Assembly (NCBI RefSeq): GCF_001194135.2 | Contig: NC_069001.1 | Location: 3,700,735-3,764,734 of the forward strand | DNA length: 64,000 nt | Direction: 5' to 3' | DNA from: Octopus bimaculoides | Taxonomy: Eukaryota | Shown here: piece by piece, positions 1 through 10,038 of the stretch | How the letters are laid out: each line of letters begins with the position of its first letter | Position numbering within the stretch: the first letter of the stretch is position 1 | The notes under the pieces: generated by a model | Databases searched by the model: none | Told to the model about the DNA's origin: nothing | What the model saw: only the letters and a program-made list of their open reading frames with translations | Translations under genes and position numbers: made by a program

Positions 1-118
1 AAACTTTCGACAGTTTCATCTCAGATCAATATTTCGCAGTAGTTATGCCAACGTTTCAATTTCCCCTACCGCCGTATAAGAGAAAATGTCTTGTATACAA
101 CACAATTTTTTAATATCT

Positions 119-505
119 TTTAATCTCTCATTTGTTTCAGTGTTTGGGTTGCGGCCATGCTGGGACACCGCAAATTGACCCCCACTGCTTATTTTCAAAC
201 TATGGTATTTCTTCTATCATTTTCTTTCACCTAACTGCAAAGTTCCAGGGATGTAAACAAACCGGCAACGGTTGTTAAGCTGTTGGGGCTTAACACGGAT
301 ATTGTCCTTTTTATGGCCAGCAACACACACATATCTGTATGAGTATTTGTGTTTATTCCCCAAACTGTTCAACAGCCGGTGTTGGTTTGTTTACATCCAT
401 ATAGCATAGCAGTTCAGCAAAAAAAAAAAAAGAAAGAACGATAGAATAAGTAGTAATCTTAAAAGCAGAGGTACTGGGGTCAATTTGTTTGACTAAATCC
501 CTCAT
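119..505 (-). mobile_element. SINE copy (family with ...gacaaccggtgttggt...gactgaaacaag tail)
   Basis: Reverse complement of the element seen at 10985-11390, 37262-37635 and 45385-45750. Boundaries approximate. Confidence 0.7.
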
Positions 506-892
506 ACATACATACATACATACGTACGTACATACGTATGTATGTATGTATTCTCACACATATCTGTTCTATTCGTGTGTGTGTCAAAATAACATCTCTT
601 GCTATCTCTTCTTTCCTCTTTTTTTCTGTCCCTTTCATATCTTCCTTCTGAGAGTCTCCTTTGTTCTAATTTTCATTCTTACAGACTACCCCTTATGCAA
701 ATAGATGAAGATTAATTAAGACTGAATTATTGAGACAAAGAGTAAAATGTAATTGATATAGATTACGTATTTGTTCAGATGTCAATGATTTTCTTTAAAA
801 TAACTAAAATCTGTTTTCTGTAATTTTTCAGACGGTTGTTACAGTCTCTGGGTAAAACAACTCAAGAATTCATAACTGTGAAATATTAACAA

Positions 893-2602
893 ATGGCTGC
901 TATAAACTCCAGTGACATTTCTCTGTCAGATATTGTCCGAATTGTCTCATCACTGTCTGATATCTGTGCAAGCTCTATAGGTCCTATGTGTGAGAAGACT
1001 CTTTTCACAACTTCTACTGGATTGGTGCAGTTTGTCACTAATGGCATTGACATTCTTAATGCTTTGCAGTTTTCCCATCCAGTTGCAAAGTTTGTGGTAA
1101 GTTCTCTTCAACATGTACATTCTGTGACGGGAGATGGCAGCAAATTATTTATTCTTTACATCACTGAATTAACACGGTTTGTTGAACTGCGAGTGAACTC
1201 TTCTTCTCAGACAAACGGTACTCAGTTCAGAGAAAATATTCGTAGAATATCTCAGGGATTAAGAAACTTTAAGCGTCTAATAATGGAATTTGAGTTCAGA
1301 AATCGTTTATCTCCTTTCAGTTCTATCAATTCTTCCAACTTTTTACTAAGCTGTTGCCATCTGAAACAAGTTTGTAAATCAGTTTTATTGAGTTCTTTGT
1401 CTGACAAAGAATCAGTTTATTTCTCGTCTCTACTCATTGATTTTCTTAGTTACGGTGTTGAATGTACTGATTCCTTACATCAAGCCATTGACTTTACTAT
1501 TAAACACTTTGATGTATTAATTCACAAAGATATTGGTCATTGTTACAGTTCTTCAAAGGTTCTACCTGGAATACTCATACCATGTGAAGGAACATTATCC
1601 CATGATCTATCATCTTCCAAAGAGGAAATTGTATCAGTCATTTTGCAGAATTTCTTAACATCTGATGAAGATGCAGAAACAACAGAAGCCACGTTTACAA
1701 TAACAGAGTTTTATGAGTTCAGTTCCTTACTTGCCTTCCAATATCACCAATGTGAGGCCTTCATCAAACAATGTACACTAAACAATGTAAAACTAGTTTG
1801 CTGCTGTCATGAGATTCCAAAATTTGCTGAAACTTTGTTCCAGCAACATGGCATTTATACTATTTCTTACTTTCCTGAAGAATTCTGTGAGTATTTTCAA
1901 ACTGTAGCCAAAAAGCAACCTCTTTCATGTATTAGAGATTCTCTCTGTGATAGTTCACTAGTTTCATTTGGTTTACATAAAAGGATTGTCATAAATGGTT
2001 CCACGTATCTTCAAATGACGCTGCTATCTTGCCCACTTTTGGTAAATGTCTCTTCCAGTCTTATACTCACAGCACCAACGTTAGGTATGGTTCACAGCTT
2101 ATCCCAACAGATCTTTAAATGTTTGAAATCTCTTAGAATGTGCTTCGAAACATTTCAAATTCTGCCATTTGATCATGAAAGTATTACTAATGAAAACCTT
2201 ACTGTAACAGCGCCAACCCCTTCTTCAAATATCTTTACCATTCCTGCAATGACTTTCCAAACCAAAATGTTGCAATATAGTCAGGAAAGAACTTTTAAGA
2301 ATATATCTCATGATGATGGTGATGGTGATATTCCATGGGAAATTCTTGGTGATACATTTAGATGTGTCTGCAGGAAAGTCTGTACATCACAAAAATTTAG
2401 TCCAATTCAAATTCAGAATTGCTTACCCGAGCCTGATGACATAAAAATGAATAACAATAATTCTGAGGAATTCTACAAAGACGGAAGCTGGTTACCATTA
2501 TACACAGAGTTTTATATCCTGCATGCTTCACTCCAAGTGGTGATTCAGCTTTTAAATATGGACCAAATAGTCAAAGTGAAAAGCATTAAAAAAAATGTTT
2601 GA
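893..2602 (+). CDS. BBS10: Bardet-Biedl syndrome 10 chaperonin-like protein (569 aa, single coding exon)
   Basis: The N-terminus (CASSIGPMCEKTLFTTSTG...ILNALQFSHPVAKFVV...HSVTGDGSKLFILY) matches my recollection of BBS10 (GDGAKTFIIF), a degenerate group II chaperonin ATP motif. The C-terminus LQVVIQLLNMDQIVKVK is BBS10-like. A splice acceptor ttttcag at 825-831 upstream of the ATG implies a non-coding first exon. Confidence 0.88.
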   Translation: MAAINSSDISLSDIVRIVSSLSDICASSIGPMCEKTLFTTSTGLVQFVTNGIDILNALQFSHPVAKFVVSSLQHVHSVTGDGSKLFILYITELTRFVELRVNSSSQTNGTQFRENIRRISQGLRNFKRLIMEFEFRNRLSPFSSINSSNFLLSCCHLKQVCKSVLLSSLSDKESVYFSSLLIDFLSYGVECTDSLHQAIDFTIKHFDVLIHKDIGHCYSSSKVLPGILIPCEGTLSHDLSSSKEEIVSVILQNFLTSDEDAETTEATFTITEFYEFSSLLAFQYHQCEAFIKQCTLNNVKLVCCCHEIPKFAETLFQQHGIYTISYFPEEFCEYFQTVAKKQPLSCIRDSLCDSSLVSFGLHKRIVINGSTYLQMTLLSCPLLVNVSSSLILTAPTLGMVHSLSQQIFKCLKSLRMCFETFQILPFDHESITNENLTVTAPTPSSNIFTIPAMTFQTKMLQYSQERTFKNISHDDGDGDIPWEILGDTFRCVCRKVCTSQKFSPIQIQNCLPEPDDIKMNNNNSEEFYKDGSWLPLYTEFYILHASLQVVIQLLNMDQIVKVKSIKKNV

Positions 2603-3322
2603 TTTGAAAAATGAGTGCTGACACACTTAACGCAGGGAGGATGACAACTTGAACTAAACAAGACCAGCTGTATCAATGAAGTAAATGTCGAACAATGCAA
2701 AAGTCAAATCAGCCAAACAAAAGCAAGGAAGAAAAGGGAAAAAAATTGTTTGAAATGGATTCAAACAATGTGGAGAACGTGACAACTTGAATTAAACAAG
2801 ACTACACCTGTATGAGGCGAGGAACTAGACAAGACTACGCCTATATTGAGTGATGTAAACAGAACAAGGTAGAAGTCAAACCAACCTAACAAAAGCAAGG
2901 GAGATAGTTTAAAGTAAATAATTTTTTTTTTAATTGGATTGACCCAAAAGTGTTTCGATTTTGTATTTGGTTTGCAAGATTCCTGACGTGAAATCGTGTG
3001 TTGAAATATATTTAATTGCATCTCAGAACCATCGTTATGCTAATAATAAATACATGCACCGGTTCTATTACATTTCTTTATTTATCAATCGTTAATTGGT
3101 TAACCGTTTTAATCAACCAATAGTGCTAAGCATTTTGTCCAACATGCTAATGATTCTGCTAGCTCACTGCCTTATTATTATTATTATTATTAATAATAAT
3201 AATAATAAATATTATGGTTTCAAATTTTGGCACAGGACTGGCAGTTTTAGGGAGAAGAGATAAGTCAATTACATCAATCCCAGTACTTGAGTGATACTTT
3301 ATTTTATCAACCCTGAAAGAAC

Positions 3323-3354
<32 letters not shown>

Positions 3355-3514
3355 GAGGTTTTGATAAATTTTATTCACAAAGTGTGTTTGTAATAAGATA
3401 GATCTCTGTTTAATACTTTTTGTCAGAACACTAAAAACATTTGAATAGTCATTTAAACAGAAAAAATAAAAATAATAATCCTTAAAAGAACCTATTTGGT
3501 CTTTGAGCACAATT

Positions 3515-3751
3515 CTACATACTTTTGGGACACAAATTTTCTATATATGACTCCCTTTTAGAATATAAATAACTGAGGAAAGACGACACTCTTTCTTTCC
3601 TTTCCCTTGTGTAAGACAACTCCTTGGAATTTCGATTAATGTTGAGCTCACTCGGACAATTGTGTACATTCTCAGAGTCTTTGTGAACACATCTGTGGTC
3701 TGATTCCAGCTGGGTACTTTCACATTTCTCGTGGCTATAATTGACAGCTTC
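3515..3751 (-). CDS. DHDDS: DHDDS last coding exon (EAVNYSHEK...[30 protein letters not shown])
   Basis: 237 nt including TAG; tctag acceptor; the C-terminal helix resembles vertebrate RREERVQGFLQALELKR. Confidence 0.88.
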   Translation of the reverse strand, partial: EAVNYSHEKCESTQLESDHRCVHKDSENVHNCPSELNINRNSKELSYTRERKERVSSFLSYLYSKRESYIENLCPKSM

Positions 3752-6245
3752 CTAGATGACAAGAAGAAAGAAAAAAAATTTGTCAAATATTTTGTCAGGT
3801 CAAACAGAACTTTCATTAATAAGATAACAGGATAACACTGTAAGAAGGATAGAAAGGGAGGAGAACGAGAAGAAATAAAATAGAATGAAATGAAATAAAA
3901 CAGGATAAGATACAATAAAGTGGGGGAAATGAAATGAAATAAAGTATAAAGCCTGTCATGAAATGCATATTGTAGCTGGGTTTTCATCCAACAACCATTT
4001 AACTAAAAAAATTCAAGTATTCTATCAAACAGTTTCATCAAACAACTATTTCCTGATATCTTGGTCATGCCTAGTTGTTTGTCCAACAATTTGAGCTTGG
4101 ATACAAAACACCATCACACACAATCAAGCATTCTACCAAAGAGTTTCATCAAACAGCCATTTCCTCTAACATACATTAATAAATGTAAGTGTACGTACTT
4201 GAATTACATCATGGCTACGTTGATACTGGAGAATAGAGAGAAATAAATGCCAAATGGAAAATTCTGGCCATAGAACATTCAAGAAGGATAAACAGCTGAA
4301 ACTGCTCTGAAATTAGAAAAAAAAAAACTGAATCAGAAAATATCATCCTCATCTTTATTCTTATTTGGCTTTTCATGCTTTTTGGGTTTGATAAAATACA
4401 GAACCATTAGGTGAAACAAACACTGCAGCAAGGTGGGTGGGTAGGTGGGTGTATGGATTGATTGTAGGTAAACGAGGTTACTTACCTGCCAAGCAAGGAA
4501 GCCACTGAGTCTCACTTCACCAGATGTTCGCACTACAAGATCAGGGTTGGGAGATCTGCCACTGTACATGCAGTTTTGGAGAACCTCTTCATCAATATCA
4601 CTGCATCAAAGATAGAAATATTTGTAACAACCACGCAAAAAACGTTGACAACACAACAGTTTCATATGGAATTCTTTAAAAACTTGAAAAGTAAACATGA
4701 CAACTGTATTGGACTTGACTGGATTACTTCTGTTCAGTCCATTGAAGGTTGGAGGCCTCAGCATGGTCTTTCCACCAACCACAATCTGATGGCTTAGTGG
4801 TTAGGGCATTTGGCTCACAACTGTAAGGTGATGAGTTCAATTCCTGGTGACATGTTGTGTCCTTGAGTAAGACACTTTATTTCACATTGCTTCAGTCCAC
4901 TCAGCTGGCAAAAATGAGTAGTCTCTGTATTTCAAAGGGGCCAGCCCTGTCACACCCTGTGTCATGCTTAATCTTCATGAGAACTACGTTAAGGGTACAC
5001 ATGTCTGTGGAGTGCTCAGCCACTTGCACGTTAATTTCACGAGCAAGCTGTTCCGTCGACCGTATCAGCTGTCACCCCTGTCGTCGTAACCGACGGACTG
5101 CTCCATATAATATATACCTTACCTTGTTTTGATCAGTCCTAGCTGCACAGCTTCAGTCACTTCCTTCAAAACACAAGTTATTTCCTCTTGGGAGGAGTAA
5201 GCAATACAGATGTTCAAAATGTTCCTGCAAAATTCAATGTTAGATTCTTGGTTACAATTATTTACAAGTAGTTCAAAAGCAAGCTTCTTACCACACAGCC
5301 ACGCCTACCTCTATGTTCCAAAAGTTTTCAATGCCCCACAAAAATTTTAGTGGGTACACTTGCCCCCTTTGTTCCTGAGCATATAAATAACAAACCATTG
5401 AAGGAACTCTGTATAGTGGTTGATCTGCTAGAAACAGCAGCCGAATCCTGTTAAATCACCTCCTAACGTCTTTAAAAAGAAAGAGCATATAGAAAAGTAG
5501 ATAGGATGGTCATGGCTAGAACACCTTCAATCCAATTTCTGAAGAACCAGGGCTGATTTGGGGTTAAACAACAAGCGTCAGTGGTTGTTCAGCCTGGTAA
5601 AAATCGCAGCCAAATCCCTCTCAGATCAAACTCCCACCATCTCCAACAACAACAACAGAATGTCAGTCATATGAACTTCGATGTGGTCTCTCAGCGTACT
5701 AGAAATAGCAGCCAAATCACTCCCCGAGTTTTAAAATGACAGTCAAAGCTAGAACTGTTTTGATCCTATAGTTGCGGGTATGAAGATGTGATTAAGAAGC
5801 TCACTTTGCAAACCATTTAGTTTCGGGTTCAATCTGACTGTGCGGTACCCTGGGCAAGCGTCTTTTACTATAACCCAGGACCAACCAATGCCTTGTAAGT
5901 GAATTTGATAAAAGGAAGAATGTGGAAGTCCGTCGTGTGTGTGTCTTTTTGTTCACTACCACTGCGTGACAACCGGTGTTGGTGTTTTTACGTTCATGTA
6001 ACTTAGAGGATCGGCAACAGACGGATAGAATAAATACCAGTCTTAAAATAGATTCTCGCAGTTTTATTAACAGATAAAAGATATGTAATAATTAAATCAT
6101 ATTTATGCACTTTATCGAGTTTTGCTACGCGCAAAGGTTCCCCGACTCCGTGGTGCAAATAATGTTAGGGGACGCTGCCCTTAGGAGCGGGCCCGACGCA
6201 AGGAACTGAACAACAGCATAAGTAGTAGTAGTGGCGGTGGTAGCA

Positions 6246-6278
<33 letters not shown>

Positions 6279-9200
6279 GCGGTGAAAAGTCGGCAAGCAA
6301 CCATCGCTTATTTCCCTTCATTACACACAAAAGAAAGCAGGAGCAGCCTCTCTTATCTCCCTTCATCTCCACAGGAATGGTAAGATATCGGGGCAAGTGC
6401 GACAAGAGACGACAAAACACCAACCCTCCCTACCACGTCTCTTTCGAACTCTACGAATAATCTATTCCTATAGGCGTTTAAAAAATCACTACTCAATCAC
6501 AATTAGGTGGAACAATCGACAATTAAAGCAACAGTACAATTATCTTCGAACGTTTGTACGGTAACATTATGCAAATAAGATGCAACTATAATTTTATCTA
6601 CGCCGTATACTCCAAGTATATAAATAAGTGGCAGAGTAGTTATAGTCGAGGTCCGCGGTTACAGGTATTGATAACGTTCATTCTCCCTTTTCTCATTAGG
6701 AAGTGCGCGACTCAGTCTATCACCTTTATACAGTCTAGGCCTGTCGATCTTGCTAAGTTGATCCCGAATCCACCATTCGGTCTCTTTAACTTAAACCAAT
6801 GACCCTGTAGCGAACTTGACCTTACTTTTTGTTTGTTTTTGTTCCATTTTCTCCATCAGATGAAACCGCTTCAAATTTTCGGTTTTGCGCATTCGTTCAA
6901 ATTCTTCAGATTATTTTTCATTTGTAGCATATGAAACCAGATGGTGATGGGGATACGTGGAGGCCTTCATCACTATCAACAAAGGAGGACTTTAACGCGG
7001 TCGTAAAATCGTCATAAAAACATGGTTGGATTGCATTTGATCGTAGGGCTGTTGACTCAGGGCTGACCTGGGGTTACACAACAGCAAAGGACATTGAACT
7101 AATGAAGCAGCTTCTTCGGGTTCGCTCAATCTGCTAGAAATAGCAGCGAAATTTCCCTCAAATTGCATTCTAACGTCTTTAGAAAAAGATAGTGAATAAG
7201 ATGTAATCCTGGCGAATATCTCTTATCTTTTACTCGTTTTACTTGTTGGACTGCGGCCATGATGCAGCATCATCTTGAAGGGTTTTAGTTGAACAAATCG
7301 ACTCCAGTACTTATGTAAATTCTGGCAATGATTCTGTCGGGTTTTTTTTGCTGCCAACCTACCTACGAGGACATGAACAAACCAGCAACGGTCGTTTGTG
7401 TGCGTGAAACAAACACAAACACATTATATGTATCATTTAGCCAAATTGCCACGCGGTGGGGCTGAACCCGAAACCATGTGGTTGGGAAGCAAGCTTCTTA
7501 ACCACATAGCCATGTCTGCGCATATATCTAAAAGAAAATGTGACACGTCGGTCTCGAATGGAACTTCTGATCATAGGTTGGCTGGATAAGGATGAGACCG
7601 AAGTGTCTGAACAACAACAACAACGGTAATGAAACCAAGGAAGTCTCTACGTAGTCATTCGACTGCCTGCTAGAAGTAGCAGCCAAATGTCTCTCAAATC
7701 GTAATCTTTTGTCTTAGAAAAGAAAGATAGGTCGGATAATGAGTTACTGAGTTGATCGTGTCGAAGAAAAATAAAGAACCACTATGTTGTCTTTCGATAT
7801 GTTAAATAGCAGTCAAATCTCAGTCAGTTCACACAATACTATATATATAGATGATGATGATGTATATATTTTAATGATACGTTAGATAGTTCTAGAAATT
7901 ACGAAGTATGAACTTATTGTTAAAACATACTTGCATAGATAAATATTCCGCTTTAAAATATAAGTCCAAAACAGAAGAATATATAATCATGAGTGAAAAA
8001 AGAAAAATAGGACATTAATTCGACACTCAGTGCGTCAATCGATCGCACACCATAAAGGTCAGCGGAACTTACAGAAACAAGCCAACACGCTCGCGGCATT
8101 ACCTTATACTCTTCCCATTCTTTAATCATCATGTTTTCTCATTCCATCCAATTCTCATACACTTTTGCCATCTCCATCCAGTCTCCCTTTCTCTTCTTTT
8201 ACACTCAAGGCGCTAATCACTTTTTTTTATTGCCTTTTCTAGCTCCAAACCTGTTTCTTCCACTTTTCATTTCTTTGTAGTGTCATTTGAAATAATATAA
8301 AAAACATTTTTATTGTAGTGTTCTCCCTGTCATAACAGAGTGACTGACAGAATTATGGCATTAATTGTTGATTAATTGTTGATTAGTGATTGAGATATTG
8401 CTTACCTGGAATTGTTTTTGAAAATTGTGACAATTTCAGCAATATTCTCTCGGATATCTTTTGGAAGCAAACTCAGATTACCAAACACTCGAATACACAC
8501 TTCATTCTTCAATAATTCCTCTCTGAAATTAAATTAATAAACATTATTTACATTTGATGGATATTTGTCCTCATCTTGTTTGTTGTTAACACGTTTCGGC
8601 TGATGTACTCTCCAGCCTTCATCAGGTGTCTTGGGGAAATTTCGAAGCTGGGTCCTCATTGATCAGGTATTTTTCAATATTATCATTATTATACAGGTCA
8701 CTGCCTGGAACCGAACTCGGTTACACTTGATTACACTTCCACAACAGACAAAATATTTTAATAATTATAATTATACAATTTGTAATGATATTTAATCTTA
8801 AAATTATAATAGGATTTTTTAAGCATCAAATAGTTAGGAAGGTCCAACTGAGTAGAATAGGAACCAAAGGGGTCCATAGATTAAAAATGGTTGAGAAACA
8901 TTGGATTAAGGTTTGGGTTTGGGGTATGAAGACCTTGGATACAAGGGTGAAGAGAAGAGGAGAGAAGAATGTCTGAAGGTGGCATGAGTTCAACCAACTC
9001 TGAGGAGCAGAAGCCATTACAAAAACTCAAATTTTAGGTAACAATATAATTACATTACTTACTTCTCTTGCAGAAGACGTTTGAACCTTTCTCGTGCTAG
9101 ACCCATCAAACAATCCACCTCCTCCTTCGACCGTTTGAAGTTATCAATGCTGAAGGCATAAACAGTAACTTCAGTGATTCCAAGATTGTGGCACCAGTTC

Positions 9201-9977
9201 AGCACCTGCAGAAAAGAAGAATGCCAGACATTTAATGTTTTGGTTGCTTGTAAGTAGGAAATGTGGCCTCCATCACCAACCCCATTGGTAGTATTGGGTT
9301 GCCAAATAATTTTTTTCAATTCTTTGCAGTGTCATTTGAAATAATATAAAATAAAGCATTTTTATTGCAGTGTTTTATGGGTTTTGTAGCTCTCTTCTTC
9401 TTCTATAACTTTTGTTAATTGCTTTTGAAATTTGGATAAGATTTACTTGTTTTCAGAAATGTCACAATGGAGTGCCAAATGGAGAAAAAAAAAAATCAGT
9501 ATTTTCGGCACCTGCTTCTTTTTGTTTTCAACGAAGGAACCAAAGTTGCCAAAGCCATTTGAGACATTTGTGCTGAGTGGGATGAGCTACTCAACCTGAA
9601 GGAAATTCTAACTGGGCCCCAACTGCAAGGTTATGTTCTGCTTATCTTGATATGAGATCACTATGTCACGCACATACGGTTGTGATGCATGTGCCTGGTG
9701 TACCTTTATCAGACGGGTAGTTATGATGGGTGTACTGGACTTTGTATATTTGTACCCCAGTGTCACTTTGATGGCATGCTCTGCTGGCCCACTCGATAAT
9801 AATAATTATGATAATACTCTTTTTTTAAGTGGGCCCTGCCTTGTGTTAATATCCTCTCAATTCTGGAGCTGACAGGATTATCCAGATAAAAGGCAAAGTC
9901 AACCGCAGTGGAATTTGTATGTGAAATACCGCTAAGTATTTTGCCTGGTGTGCTAACGATTCTGCCAGCTCACCACC

Positions 9978-10038
<61 letters not shown>

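Noticed and set aside
2600-2650. TGA stop of BBS10 followed by ATGA...AA...GA (SECIS-like)
   Set aside because: The stem does not pair, the protein is complete at this stop, and BBS10 is not a selenoprotein family.
3515-3532. DHDDS C-terminus LCPKSM looked like a prenylation (CaaX) signal on a prenyltransferase
   Set aside because: The Cys is fifth from the end, not fourth; not a CaaX box.
4792-4850. tRNA-like sequence with A- and B-boxes (also heads at about 10990, 27105, 36850)
   Set aside because: No acceptor stem or complete cloverleaf; each continues into a repeated SINE body.
6645-6830. Alternative identities for the Pol III candidate: vault RNA (shares GCGGTTAC), 7SK (GAUC...GAUC), U6/U6atac, RNase P/MRP
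   Set aside because: There is no internal B-box (GTTCRANNC) as vault RNA needs, no GGAUGU/ACAUCC closing helix or 3' M8 hairpin of 7SK, and no ACAGAGA/AAGGAGA box. It is too short and lacks the P4 CR-I/CR-V motifs of P/MRP. The Y-type bulged helix fits best, though a covariance search is still needed.
7542-7607. 13-14 bp stem (GACAC-G-TCGGTCTC / GAGACCGA-A-GTGTC) with a long loop
   Set aside because: Embedded in fragments of a recurrent interspersed repeat; the loop is unstructured and there are no RNA-family motifs.
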